This document shows, one piece after another, positions 18,620 to 36,442 of a DNA stretch of 64,000 bases. The translations under genes and the position numbers were made by a program. The stretch lies in assembly GCF_009914755.1 (NCBI RefSeq), contig NC_060933.1; one strand, given 5' to 3'. Source of the stretch: the human T2T-CHM13v2.0 reference genome, Homo sapiens. Under the pieces are notes generated by a model that ran no database searches, had not been told where the DNA came from, and saw only the letters and a list, made by a program, of their open reading frames with translations. The first letter of the stretch is position 1; each line of letters opens with the position of its first letter.

Positions 18620-19110
18620 TGTGTAATCTCTTCCGGATAACTCCCTGCTCTTTAAATGAAGACTATGTGTATGGGCGGCCATTTGTGTAGAAGCCAGCGG
18701 AGGGGCTGAGTTTCATGTGCAGATTGGCCTGCTCAGCATGGACAATGGAATGGAGGAAGCAGAAGCTCAGAACGCAGAAGAGGCTCTGAGATGTAAGCCC
18801 CCCGGACCGTCCGGAAGCCTAACAGTGGGCTCTGGACTCCTGCCAGCCATGGAATTAGGAGGGTTGAGGCCATTTTATCTCTAGCTCTCAAGGATCAAAG
18901 AGGCCGTATCTGAGATCCAGGTTAAGAGTAGATATAAATCCTGTTTGGAAGGTTTTCGTGATCCCCATGGAGGAGAGGCGGAGAATCCTGCCAGTACCTT
19001 CCATTTCTATCTAAAGGGGCAGTTGGAGGACGGAAGAATAAGTTGGATTGATACCAACTATTGCTTCAACAGACTCGTCCAAATGCTTGGGAGTCCAATT
19101 CTCCGAGGTC
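18620..19110. promoter_or_regulatory. Candidate promoter/enhancer-like CpG-enriched unique sequence
   Basis: YY1-like gcggccattt (~18674), inverted CCAAT gattgg (~18722), ETS-like ccggaag (~18811) and a local excess of CpG; motif-level evidence only. Confidence 0.35.
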
Positions 19111-19291
19111 CATATCTAACTTTGTTATTTGACATATTTCAAATATGTCACACTCAGGAAATTAAAACCTGTATCAAGTTGAATATCTGAGCTAGATAGA
19201 TATGTTTCTTACTTTGATAACAGATGTTCCAATGTAAGAGTAGATGTTTGCCATTTTACCTTGTATATGTGAGTCTCTTCTTTCCACCTGA

Positions 19292-19728
<437 letters not shown>

Positions 19729-19855
19729 TCAATAATCACTTTTATTCCCAAAACTTGCTGGTCATACCTTATATTCGTTTTACTTTGAGCAACCCTCAAA
19801 AACACTCATTCCAGCTCAAATCAGAAACTCCAAAGGTAGGTCTTGGCATACAGGA

Positions 19856-20161
19856 TTTTTGTTTGTTTTTTGTTTTTTGAGACAGTTTCACTCCTTCACC
19901 CAGGCTGGAGCACAGTGGCTCAATCTTGGCTCACTTTCATCCTTCGCTCTCAGGTTCAAGCGATTCTCCTGCCTCAGCCTCCTGAGTAGCTGGGACTACA
20001 GGGGAATGACATTATGCCCAGATAATTTTCGTATTTTTAGTAGAGATGGGGTTTCATCATGTTGGCCAGGCTGGTCTTGAACTCCTGACCTCAGGTGATC
20101 CACCCTCCTTGGCCTCCCAAAGTGCTGGGATCACAGGCATCAGCCACCGCACATGACTGGC
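19856..20161 (-). mobile_element. Alu (AluS-like)
   Basis: Reverse Alu. Confidence 0.93.
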
Positions 20162-20497
20162 ATAAATATTTTTTAAAAGCACCCAGGTTATTCTAACGTT
20201 CTAATTCAGTTGAGAATTGCAGAATCTGAATCATTGGAGGCATGTGTGTTTTGGAAAATCTTTATCTCCTCCTACCAGTTCAGATTTGTTTACTAAAGTA
20301 AGAGTTAAGACGGTCTAATTCTATGGATTGAATAATTCATTATTTTTTATTTTAAAAGTTTTTTCCACAGGTAAAAATCATACTTTTATTTGAGTCACCA
20401 GGAGAAAGATTCACTTGTGGTTAGAGTCAAACGTTCAGAATCACGAGCACAAGCCCATGAAGGAAGGGACCAAAACAGACCAAAATAAGAGACAACA

Positions 20498-20803
20498 GGC
20501 TGGGCTCGGTGGCTCATGCCTGCAATCCCAACACTTTGGAAGGCCAAGGTGGGCGGATCACGAGGTCAAGAGATTGAGACCATCCTGTCCAACATGGTGA
20601 AACCCTGTCTCTACTAAAAATACAAAAAGTTAGCTGGGCGTGGTGGCGGGTGCGCCTGTAATCCCAGCTACTTGGGAGGCTGAGGCAGAGAATTGCTTGA
20701 ACCCAGGAGGCAGAGGTTGCAGTGAGCCGAGATCACACCACTGCACTCCAGCCTGGGCGACAGAGCAAGACTGTCTCAAAAAGAAACAAAAAATAAAAAA
20801 AAA
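20498..20803 (+). mobile_element. Alu (AluSc-like) inside the retrocopy
   Basis: TSD aaataagaga(c/t)aaca. Confidence 0.95.
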
Positions 20804-20842
20804 TAAGAGATAACAACCCCATACAAAAAGATGAATGAGTGG

Positions 20843-20843
<1 letters not shown>

Positions 20844-20884
<41 letters not shown>
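20844..20884. repeat. (CA)n microsatellite
   Basis: About 20 uninterrupted CA units. Confidence 0.98.
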
Positions 20885-20886
<2 letters not shown>

Positions 20887-21304
20887 CACGGATGAAATGT
20901 TTGGACAGAAGCAAATTTCACATGGTCATTTTTGTTTCTTTTTGAATACAGGTTTCTGGGGTAGTAATTTCTTTTGTTTCTTTACAGCTATAAGAAAAAA
21001 AAAAAGCTTCAAAGTGTATATGTGAGAGGAAAAGGCAGAAATTAAGCAATAAAGTAGTTTTCCCTGGAGGGACATGATGTGGACAAAACAGGAAGCAGTG
21101 TTGGGAGAATTTAGTTTCCTTATCCCTTGGGCTTCTTGCCTTTCATTATTTGCATTTAATACTCTGTTTTTCCCCTTTCCATCAAAGCACAACCTAAGGA
21201 ATGCAAATTTAGAAATTAACTTATTAATCCTGAAGTATTCTGATAACTTAGTTCCTAAAAATAAAATAATAATCATTTAAATTACTCCACTGAGACTCAG
21301 TAAT

Positions 21305-21829
21305 TTCATTTATTTATTTGCTCATTAAATAAACATATGATTAAGAACCTATTGTGTGCCCATACTGTTCTAAGCACTGGGGATGCAAAAATGGACAAGA
21401 TAGTCCCTGACCTCAGGAAAAATTGACAAGGCAACATACAATTACAATATACTGTGTTGCAAGTTAAGGAAGAAGTAAGCAAGCACTCTGAAGGCACGCT
21501 GAAGGGCATTTAACTGAATCTTGGTGGTCGTGAAAGGGTTAGAAAGTGTCTAAGCTGAGACTCAGTGGATGAGGACTTATCCAAATAAAGATAAGACACA
21601 AGAGAATTCTAAGTGCAAAGGCCAAGAGAAAACCGCAGAACAAAACCAAACAAAAAATACTCAAGAATCTATAAGTACTTTCGTATGACTATAGCTTAAA
21701 ATTCAAGGTGGGTAGTGATTAGATATGAGGCTGGACAGGTAAGCACAAGTTTGATTTTGAAGGGCCCTATATATCACATTATGGAGTTTGGACTTTATCC
21801 AGGTAGGGTATCATTGAAAGATTTTAAAA

Positions 21830-21830
<1 letters not shown>
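21305..21830 (-). mobile_element. L2 3' region
   Basis: cctattgtgtgcccatactgttctaagcactgggg...ggagtttggactttatcc. Confidence 0.8.
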
Positions 21831-22790
<960 letters not shown>

Positions 22791-23509
22791 AGGGGGAGTA
22801 TTACATTTTAGAGTGACCACTCTAGTTGTAGAACAGACTGGAAGTGATGAGAAAAATTAGCATTTATCTCAGTAAGAGACGGTGGGGCCTAAAATAAGGG
22901 GTGGGCAAATTTTGCACATAAAGGGTAAATAAAAGGAAACTTGGTATTTCCTGTGTGTGGTAGATGAGGGAGAGGGAAGAGTTAAGAGTGATTCAGAGGA
23001 TTCCGGCTTAGGCAAAGGGGAGGGGTGGGGGGAAGGTGAGGACATGCACTGAGATGGGGAACACAGCAGGTGGAGCAAGCTAGAGGTCATATTCAGTAAC
23101 TGAGAAAAACTCCGGGAAGGGGAAGAACTGGGTGTGGCCACATGGACCATCCACTCTCTCCCCCTGGGCTAATGAGCTGTTCATAATCTCAATTTGAGTC
23201 ACCTGCATTTTATTGGCACTGGAAGGACAGGCTCCAGCCAGTCAGAGTGGCTGGGGGAAGTATTAAGGAACCACTGTCACCTTATGAATGATAATCTGTG
23301 GTTTGAAAACAAATTTGTGAAAAATAAAAACGGATTTAAAGCAATGGCCCTCAAGTATCCTAAATGCCGGGAAATGGAAAAGTAAAGGCAGATTATGCCA
23401 GAGGAAATAAGTATGCTGACCGTCTTTAGCCATGTGATGAGGAACAGAGATCTTGGGCCTTGGAGAATGCATTTATGTGGTTGTGTGGAATGAGGGGTAT
23501 TGGGGAAAA

Positions 23510-23685
23510 GCAAGGGCTCTGGGGCCCTACAGACGCAGGTTCAAATCCTGTCCCACTACTTATTTACATTATGAATGAGGGAAAGTCAGTCAAATGTCTG
23601 TAGTCACCATTTCTTTATTTGTAAAATATAGCAAATAATACCCACCTTTCAGGTGTGATGTGGAAGAAATTAATTCATTATGGGT
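23510..23685 (+). mobile_element. MIR fragment
   Basis: ggttcaaatcctgtcccactactta...tgtaaaatatag. Confidence 0.6.
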
Positions 23686-23996
23686 ATTCAATATATGGTT
23701 TTCCCTTCCCACAAAGTGTGCCTCCCCTGTGAAAGTCATATAATCAGTCATAAAGGCTAAAATGGCCTTCTCGGAATACTTTACCAAATACCACTGTACC
23801 TTCTGTTAATTGGTTTTCAAAATCCTATTTTGCAACCTTTCCTGACTAATTGCATAAATAGTCATTGTCTTCCTGTAATGCATGGTACAAAAGAAGCAAT
23901 CCTTAAAAGCTATGGGAAATCTCTTTATCTTGTCTATTCCATCTCTGATCTCTCATGTTTCTCTCACTAAAACACAGTTAAAAATTGCTGCAAGGA

Positions 23997-24368
23997 TCAT
24001 GCAGTATACCCAGGTAACAAACCTGCACATGTACCCCTTGAATCTAAAATAAAAGTGAAAAAAAGAAAGAATAGGCCAGGTGCAGTGGCTCATGCCTGTA
24101 ATCCCAGCACTTTGGGAGGCCGAGGCAGGTGGATCACGAGGTCAAGAGATCGAGACCATCCTTGCCAACATGGTGAAACCCCAACTCTGCTAAAAATACA
24201 AAAATTAGCTGGGAGCGGTGGTGCATGCCTGTGGTCCCAGCTACTTGGGAGGCTGAGGCAGGAGAATCGCTTCAACCAGGGAGGCGGAGCGTGCAGTGAG
24301 CCGAGATTGCGCCACTGCATTCCAGCCTGGTGACAGAGTGAGACCATCTCAAAAAAAAAAAAAAAAAA
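23997..24368 (+). mobile_element. L1P 3' terminal fragment (~23997-24072) followed by Alu (AluSc-like, 24073-24368)
   Basis: gtaacaaacctgcacatgtaccccttgaatctaaaataaaag then Alu in its tail. Confidence 0.88.
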
Positions 24369-24483
24369 GGGAATAAAGAAAGGAAAAATATACCTTTTTT
24401 TTTTTTTTTAAGAGTTGCTGTACGGAACCCAGAGATTGAATAAAGGACTTTATTGCTAGTAGTTTAAATCATCCCTTGGCAAA

Positions 24484-24998
24484 TGTATTAGTTAGGATTA
24501 GTTTGGCAGCATTTAATCAAAAGCCCTAAAACAATAGTGGCCCAAAAATACAGAAAGGCATTTGTCTGTCAAGTAAAAGAAATCAAGAAGTAAGTATTCC
24601 TGGCTTGGCTTGGCAGCTCTGTGGTAACAGAAGGGACTTAAGCTACTCTATTTCTATCCACCATCTAAGCACATGGTTTCCAACCTCAAGGTACCTCGTG
24701 GTTCAAGATGGCAGCTGCAGCTTTACCCATCTCATGTAAGTTGCAAGCCAGAGGAAGAGAAAAGGCAGAAGAGCAATAAGGGTACTTCCAGATAAGGCAG
24801 TTTTCTTTGCATGGTTTTTATGAAAGTTCTACAAAACACTTCCTTGACCACATCACATTTCATTGACCAAAACTGGCTGCAAGGAAAGTTGGAAAACATA
24901 ATTCCAGATGGTAAGATGCCCAGACAAAAATCCAGATTCTGTTACTAAGGAAGGAGTAAAGAATCTGTGTTGAGGTAGGCAACTAGTACTCTCTTCTC
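24484..24998 (-). mobile_element. Old MLT1 (MaLR) LTR
   Basis: tgtattagttaggattagtttggcagc...aacaatagtggc...aactggctgcaaggaaagttggaaa...taggcaactag. Confidence 0.7.
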
Positions 24999-25197
24999 AA
25001 GGGTTTTATTCATCCAACAAGTATGTATTACATAACTTTTATTTAGCACCAGATCCTATTCCAGATATTGAGGTTTCATCAAGAAAAAAAAAGACAAATT
25101 CTTATCTTTATAGAGCTTACATTCTATTGAAATAATAATAGATAGCATTTATTGAGTGACTATTCTATGCTAGGCAGGGTTTTAAGAATTTTACTTC

Positions 25198-26030
<833 letters not shown>

Positions 26031-26748
26031 CTCCACCAGTTCCCCATATGTCTCATTTTGCTTTCTCTTCTGGGCATAAATAATTGTGTGTATGCTTTGG
26101 AGGCTTAAATAGTTGGGCCCAGTTCTCCCACTTTTGAACTGGGTGAAACTGGTGAAACTGGGGCAGTAGAAGTTTGACACCTGGCTACGCATCCTATCAG
26201 GAGTGGGAGAAAGTTGCCATATACAGAATCCAGGAAACTATTAGGATGCTTACCGACTTACAGTGCTGCTTAGATGCTATAGCAAGTAGGAAGTGTCCTC
26301 CTTCAGTTTTTGAAGAGCCATTACTTGAATTGAGGCCAATTATGGCATCACTAGTTGCTCAATCCAGAAACCCGGACATCATCTCTGGTTCTTCCTACTC
26401 CTTCACTCCCACATATAATCAATTAGTTCTTTTGACTGAACCTCCTAAACAGTCCTAGAATTTTTCAGCTTATCTCTATCTCCACTGTCACATCTCCAAA
26501 TTCATGACATTACCATCTTCGATTGTGTAAATCAGTTGCCACACATGTGATGTTCCTGCCTCCAATATAGTCTTTTTGGGTCCATTCTTTGCACTGTAGC
26601 CAGAGGATCTAATACCCAAAGCTGATCTCATCCCATCCTACTTAAAACCCTTCAATGACTCCATATTGCCCTCAGAATGAAGTCCAAATTCTTACATGTA
26701 CAAAGTCTGATTTACAAAGTCTTGTATTCCCAAAGCAGGCTGAAAGAC

Positions 26749-27060
26749 TGTTGCAGGTTGAGTTTCCCAGGAAGCAGAGTCAGATGGAGATTAGCATGGA
26801 GGAGGTTTCTTAGGGAGTCTTCTTGGTGTCACACTGTGAAGGGGAGAGGAATGAAGCAGGATGGAATAGAGAAAGAAGTTGAACTATAATATAGTCTCAG
26901 TGGAGGCCTCAGCTGCCTTCATATCCCCATCTGAAACTGGGATGACCCATCAGAATCAACTCAAATTGGGGTGAGAGGACTGGGTCTTTATAGCTCCATA
27001 TTGATCAGCCATTGGATATGGGTTGCCCTAGGAAGGGAGCATAACCCTGGATGAGGCCAT
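26749..27060 (-). mobile_element. LTR33-like ERVL LTR fragment
   Basis: tttcccaggaagcagagtcagatggagattagcatg...cagccattggatatgggttgccc matches recalled LTR33. Confidence 0.65.
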
Positions 27061-27519
27061 TCACTCATTCTGCAGTCTCTTATGCTAACTCCAAGCCCTT
27101 TTTAGAACAATGACCCAAATTCAACACTTCCAGGTGCCATACCCTTGAATACTCAGGACCTCTCACCTAATTTTCCCAGTACACTGGGGAGGATAGGGTT
27201 CAGATGAGGCTGATGCCCTCAGGCTCATCCTCCCATTCAACGGCCTCTTACATCGCACACTGGACCCTTGGCTTTTTTATGAGCGTTGCATCTTCCAGGT
27301 TCCTGGGTCTCGCTGTCAGAGGTTTCTTTCCCTGAGCCTCCTCTTATCCCATCACAAGCAGGTATCATTTTAGGAAACTTCCCAGGGACTCAGGTAGTAG
27401 CTGAGTGCCCTTTTTCCTTCTATGCTAGTTAGTCAAATTCTTATTCTCTTTGGGTAGCAAAATAGCTCTTATATTAACCTTCACTGATCTCAAATTGATC
27501 CAAAAGTTGTGGGGTTTTT

Positions 27520-28188
<669 letters not shown>

Positions 28189-28197
28189 AACTTTGCC

Positions 28198-28318
28198 TTT
28201 ATTTTTTATTTATTTATTTTTTTTGAGACGGAGTCTCGCTCTGTCGCCCAGGCTGGAGTGCAGTGGCGCGATCTCGGCTCACTGCAAGCTCCGCCTCCCG
28301 GGTTCACGCCATTCTCCT
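28198..28318 (-). mobile_element. 5'-truncated AluY (3' ~100 nt plus tail)
   Basis: gagacggagtctcgctctgtcgccc...gcaagctccgcctcccgggttcacgccattctcct, flanked by ctttgcc(c/t)ttattt. Confidence 0.92.
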
Positions 28319-28544
28319 CTTTGCCCTTATTTTTTAAAGCCCAGTGTTTATTTTTTTTCTCTTAAGCATCAGGCTTGTGAAGTTGAAAACCATGACTTTC
28401 AAGATTATTGTCTCTTACAAAAGTCTACCTGAAGGCTCAAAATGCAAAAATTCAACTCATGTGTATGTGTGTGTGTATACAAAAATCTTTTCCTGTTCTT
28501 GGATAGTGGGGAGAATGATCTGAGCAAAACAAAGAAAAAAAAAC

Positions 28545-28869
<325 letters not shown>

Positions 28870-30091
28870 CAACATTATTTCAAATCAAATTTTACTCTGC
28901 TATACACAGGAACCTGTCTCATTCTACCTTCTCCCTGCCTCTTGCTCCCTGGGATCATCTCCCAAATAAATTACCTGTATCCATTTCTCTGTCTTAACTT
29001 CTGCCTTCAGGGACACTCAGTGAAGGGAAGTATATTCCTCGTTAATTCCTGAGCATTCCCCAGGGTATTGCTTCATGTGTGTTCAGGAACAGGATCTTCA
29101 AGATCTTGCATGCAGCCACCCCCTGAACTTCTCACCCTGCAGACTCTGCTACCTACAACTCTCATTAGATTCTGGCTGAGCCACTGACCGCAGGGTTCTC
29201 TCTTGGAGATTACACACCTGCTACCGTCAGTAGACCTTCAAGGTAAGGGACACTCTTCCAAAATGGAAACACATTTTGGAAATTGTGTGATTTACCATGG
29301 CTCAGAGGAGATCTGTCTATAAATTTTAATGGGATATGACTAATGGTTTGAGGATCATGGCAGGGTCACACAATAATGATTATAACCATCATACAAGTCC
29401 AAATCTGTCCTGGGGTTTCTTCCTGACAAGGCCAATTCTTGGCTCCTCATGTACTGCCTCCATGGTAGGAAGGTCAGTTCAAACCCTCTCTCTGGAATCA
29501 TGGCTGGTACCTCCACATCCCAGAGTTCAGGCCAAACTGGCCCTCAGCCCTCAGAAAGAAGGGTTGTTTTTTCGTCCTACTTTATTCTAAAACCCTTATA
29601 AGTCCTCCATGTTCTCCGTTTTTTTTGTTTTTTTGTTTTTGGTTCAAAAAGATATCTTTTTTCCCAAGATAATTGTTGCTGGGATGTACATCACTTGCAG
29701 AGAAATTAACCCTTAGGCATGTGATCTGGTTCTATGGAACCAACAAGACACCAGCACACAGTATCTATAATCAAACACTCTCTAAATCTTGTATAAAATG
29801 TCATATTTAGGCAATCAATGTCCAGTTTAGGTTGAGTCTGATAGTTTCAACATCTGGGTCATCTCTGAGTCTATGTAAAATTTAGCTTGGTTCCTTTTCA
29901 GTCTCTTTTTATTGAATATTCAAAATTTTAGGGTCCAGTCTCAGACTTTGTTACAAATGTATATGAAAGAAGGTGGAAAATTGGACAATCTTTGGTTAAA
30001 AGTGACAGAAATATGACTTATGCTAGCCTAAGCAGAAAAGGAGAATTTATAAGCTCATGTAATAAAACCATGGTAAAGAGAGGAATAATGA

Positions 30092-30400
<309 letters not shown>

Positions 30401-30547
30401 TTAAGGGTCCCTGGAACAAAGCAGTTGAATGCTTTTAGTACACTCTCCTGTCCCATCTCTCATCTCACTCCTTTACTCTTTACTGACTTTATTTTTTCAA
30501 GCTTCTCCAGTGAAGCTGAACAGCAGTTGTGGTCTTATGGCTTTTTA

Positions 30548-30733
<186 letters not shown>

Positions 30734-30896
30734 TTACAGTCTTTTTTCTCATTTTCATTATTCGTTTCTTTATATAGCTCCAGATTTCCATCTGATATCA
30801 TACTCCTGCCTGAAGAACTTCCATTAGCAATTCTTAATGTGTAGGACTTCTGGCAATAAATTATTTCAGATTTTGCTTATCTGAAAAAATCTTTAG

Positions 30897-31273
<377 letters not shown>

Positions 31274-31377
31274 TTTTTATTATTATTTCACTTCCTTAAA
31301 GATGCCACTCTATTGTCTTCTGGCTTGCACAGTTTCTAAGGAGAAAGATATTGTGATTATTTTTCATTTTTATTCTA

Positions 31378-33022
31378 TTTTAAAAATTGATTTTATTGTG
31401 TATATTTAAGGTATACAATATGATATAATGGAATACATATAGATAGTAAAATGGTTACTATAATGAAGCAAATTAACATATCCATCATCTCACATTGTTA
31501 CCTTTTTTTTTGTTTTTTTATGGCAAGAGCAGTTAAAATTTATTCATTTAACAGGAATCCCAAATACAGTACAATTTTATGACCTATAATCCTTATGTTG
31601 TACATTAGATCTCTAGACTTTTTCATCTTACATATTTGCAACTTTGAATCCTCTGAACTGCATCTTCCCATTTCCTCTCCTCACTCCCGCTTCCCTGAAC
31701 CTAGTAGCCACTGTTTATTCTCCATCTGTGTATATTTGACTTTCTTTTTTTTAGATTCCACATATCAGTGAGATCATGCAATATATTTCTTTCCATGTCT
31801 GGTTTATTTCACTTAGCATAATGTCCTCCAGATTCATCCATGATGTGGCAAATGGTAGGATCACCTTCTTTTTTTAAGGCTGAGTAATATTTCTCTGTGT
31901 GTGTAACATTATCTTTATCCATTCATCCATCAATGAACACTTAGGTTGTTTCCATATCTTGGCTTTTAATGGGATATACTCCCAAACATATCCCATTAAA
32001 AAATTGTAAATAACACTGCAATAAACATGAGCGTGCAGATATCTTTATGAGGTGGTGATTTCATTTCGTTTGGGTATGTGCCCAGAAGAGGGATTGTTGG
32101 GTGATATTGCAGTTGTATTTTTAATTTCGTTAGAAACCGCCACACTGGTTTTCATAGTGGCTGCACCAATCAACATTCCTACCAAGAGGGTCCAAGAGTT
32201 CCCTTTTCTCCACACCATTTATTCCAGCGTTAGTTGTCTTTTCACTTTTCGTTAATAGCCATCCTAATGGGTATGGAGGTGGTATCTCACAGTGGTTTGA
32301 TTTGCCCTTCTCTGATGATTATTAATGTTGATCATCTTTTCATGTAACTGTTGGCCATTTTTACATCATCTTTGGAGAAATGTCTATTCAAGTCCTTTGC
32401 CAATTTTTAAATCAAGTTATTTGTTTCTCTGTTATTAAGTTGTATGAGTTCTTTACAACTTTTGGACCCTAAATTGTTGCCAGATACATGACTTACAAAT
32501 TAGTTGTCCTTAATCTATAGGCTATATTGTTGATTATTTTCTTTGTAATCCAGGAGCTTTTTAATTTGATGTAGTCCTGGTCATTGATTTTTGCTTTTGT
32601 AGCCTGAATTTTTGATGTGATATACAAAAAAATCATGCCAAGGCCAAGTCCAGGAGATTTTTCCTATATTCTCTTCTAGGAGTTTCATAGTTTCAGGTCT
32701 TAAATGTAGGTATTGTATCCATTTTGAATTGGTTTTTTTTTTTGTATGATGTAAGATAAGAGTCCTATTTCATTCTTTTGTATGTGGAAATGCAGTTTTC
32801 CCAGTACCATTTATTAAAGAGACTATCCTTTCCCCCATTATGTCCTCTTGTTACCCTTCTCAAAAATCAATTGACCGTATGTTTGGATTTATTTCTGGGC
32901 TGTCTATTCTGTTGCACTGGTTTATGTGCCTGTTTTTCTGCCAGAGCATGCTGTTTTAATTACTATTGTTTTGTAACATAATTTTGAATCCAGAATTGTG
33001 ATGCCTACAACTTTGTTTTTCA
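31378..33022 (-). mobile_element. L1MA9-like 3' portion
   Basis: ttttattgtgtatatttaaggtatacaa...aagcaaattaacatatccatcatctcaca 3' end continuing into antisense ORF2 C-terminal region. Confidence 0.88.
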
Positions 33023-33044
33023 AACAGTAATTTAAAAATATTTT

Positions 33045-34075
<1,031 letters not shown>

Positions 34076-35793
34076 TCAAGATTTGCTCTTTAAACTTTTA
34101 TTCTCAGAAACGGTTGACTATGGGTCAATCAAACTTGGGTGATTTTGTTTTTGTATTTGTTGTTGGTTTTTTTTTGTTTTTTTGTTTTTACCCTGCCTGC
34201 AATTTTTCTGGGCTTTGTGGATTTATATCTTATGGTTTTTCATTAATTTTAGAAAATTCTTGACTATAATCTCTTCAAGCATTCCTTCTTCCTTGTTCTC
34301 TCTTCTCCTTCTGTTTCTCTAATTACACATATATTAGACTTTTTATATCATATTTTGAATACTCTCTTCTGTATTTTTCACTTTTTTTCTGTAAGGTTTC
34401 AATTTGGACAATTTCTACTGACTTATCTTCAATTCTCATTCTTTCCTTTGGCGTATCCAGTCTGCTACTGACTGTTGAAGGAATTCTTCATTTCTTTCAT
34501 TTTTTTCTTAGCATTTCCATTTGACTCTTTATATTATTTAGTTTTTTAATGAAATTTACTATCTGTTCATGCATATTGTCTACCATTTTCACTAGATCTT
34601 TTAACATATTAATCATAGTTGTTTGAAAGTCCCTATCTGATAGTGTCAACATCTGGCTCATCTCTATCTGGTTCTGTTGAGTACTTTATCTCTGGGCTTT
34701 GATTTCTGTATAATCAAATTTTTTTATTGAATGTTAGACACTGTGCATAGAAAAACAGAAAAGTCTGAGTTAATAGTGTTTATGGCCAGAAATAGGTATA
34801 GCTTTCTATGGTCAGGCAAATATGGTGGGGGATTGAGTCAATCTAGTCATAAATTGAGCTGGATTTGGATTTTGTTGTTTTTACCTTTAGTGCACCACAG
34901 GCTTTATACCCTCCAGCACTGGCTGTTGTTACCTTATGCTTATAGGGGGTCCTAGGGTGCTAGAAAATTTCTCTCCATTTTCTTGCTCCTCTCTCAACTT
35001 TCAGGAGTTCCTATATGCCTGTGCCACAAAAAGAGTCTCTCTCCGTGCCCTTATACCTCTCCAAGTAGTAGACTGCTCTTGCTTGTTACTTGGTACTAAG
35101 CTTACAGAATCAAGAGAGTTCTTTGTCATCCTGATCCAGCCTAAGTCTTAGGCAGGCCCTGTGCTCAAAGCTTGGGCGTCTCAGCATGCCTGCCTTCTCT
35201 TCCTATTTCTGCATCAGCTTCCTGGGTCAGTTAAACTCTGCCCTGTATTTGTGGTTGGTCTTGGCCATGAGAGTTTCTTACACTTCCTTTAGGGCAGGTG
35301 ACCTCTACTTGGTTTTGGTGCAGAATTCTGGGCCCTCAAAAAGTTTCCTATTCCTTCCTCAAGGGCAAAGGATTTTCGTTTCTATACTTCCCCCAGCAGC
35401 AATAGGTCTTTGCCTTTGTCAGAGAGGTAAGAGGTCCTTCTGCCACTGCAGAAGCAACCAATTTTGCCTCCACTCCTCTCCCAAAGGAATGGAATTTTGC
35501 CTGACCCTGAGAGTGGAAAGATTTACCGTCCCTCTCCAGTGGCTTAAGGCTTTTGTTTCCTTTGAGAGAAGGGTCTTGGGAATTGGGTCGGCTTTTGTGT
35601 CTGTTTCCCAAAAGCAGCTGATCAGCTCTCCTTCTTCACACCTGCACCCCCAAGGGTGGGGCTCCCATTGAGTATCCTCTCCTGTTTCTATCTTTCTTAT
35701 GAGTACCCATTGGAGGCCATGGAATAGAGTTTGGCACTGAGTGCAAACTTCCCTTGTATCTGGGGCTTCTAGTCATTCCAAATTAATGCATGA

Positions 35794-36075
35794 GGCCAGG
35801 GATGGTGGCTCATGCCTATAATTCCAGCATTTTGGGAGGGCGAAGTGGGAGCCCAGGAGCTCAAGACTAGCCTAGACAACATAGTGAGACCTTGTCTCTA
35901 CAAAAAAATTATTAGCCATGTGTGGTGGCGCACACCTGTGGTGCCACTACTCAAGAGGCTGAGGTGGGAGGATTGTTTGAGCCCACGAGGTCAAGGCTGC
36001 AGTGAGCCGTGATTGTGCCACTGACTCCAGCCTAGGTGACAGAGCCAAGATCCTGTCTCAAAAACAAGAAAAAAC
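35794..36075 (+). mobile_element. AluJ-like
   Basis: Diverged Alu with small deletions. Confidence 0.9.
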
Positions 36076-36239
36076 CAACACTCCCCCCGAAAAAGCCCAC
36101 CACCACAACAAATTAGCATACTAGATCACACTTGGCCTGGAAGAATTGTTAATATTTTAGCTAATTTTTTCCTACCTGTTTTTATGGCAGTAACCTCTTT
36201 CTCTCATGATTTATCAAAAGTGAAAAAGTTTATGTGTCC

Positions 36240-36442
36240 TCAATGGACTTCGGGGACTCAGGGGGAAAGGGTGGGAAGGAGGTGAGGGATGAAATCCTAC
36301 AAATTGGGTGCAGTGTATACTGCTCAGGTGATGCATGCACCAAAATCTTACGAATCACCACTAAAGAACTTACTCATGTAACCAAAAACCACCTGTTCCC
36401 CAATAACATATGGAAATTAAACAAAATTAATTTAAAAAAAAA
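36240..36442 (+). mobile_element. L1PB-like 3' end, 5'-truncated
   Basis: atggacttcggggactcagggggaaagggtggg...aatcaccactaaagaacttactcatgtaacc; TSD agtttat(g/a)tgtcc. Confidence 0.9.

Larger units (their letters stand above)
20342..21108 (-). pseudogene. 5'-truncated processed pseudogene consisting of a 3'UTR only (probably RCC2-derived), interrupted by an Alu and a (CA)n
   Basis: Minus strand reads ...ccacaagtgaatctttctcctggtgactcaAATAAAagtatgatttttacctgtgg then A tract; resembles my recollection of the RCC2 3'UTR; 5' boundary uncertain. Confidence 0.6.
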
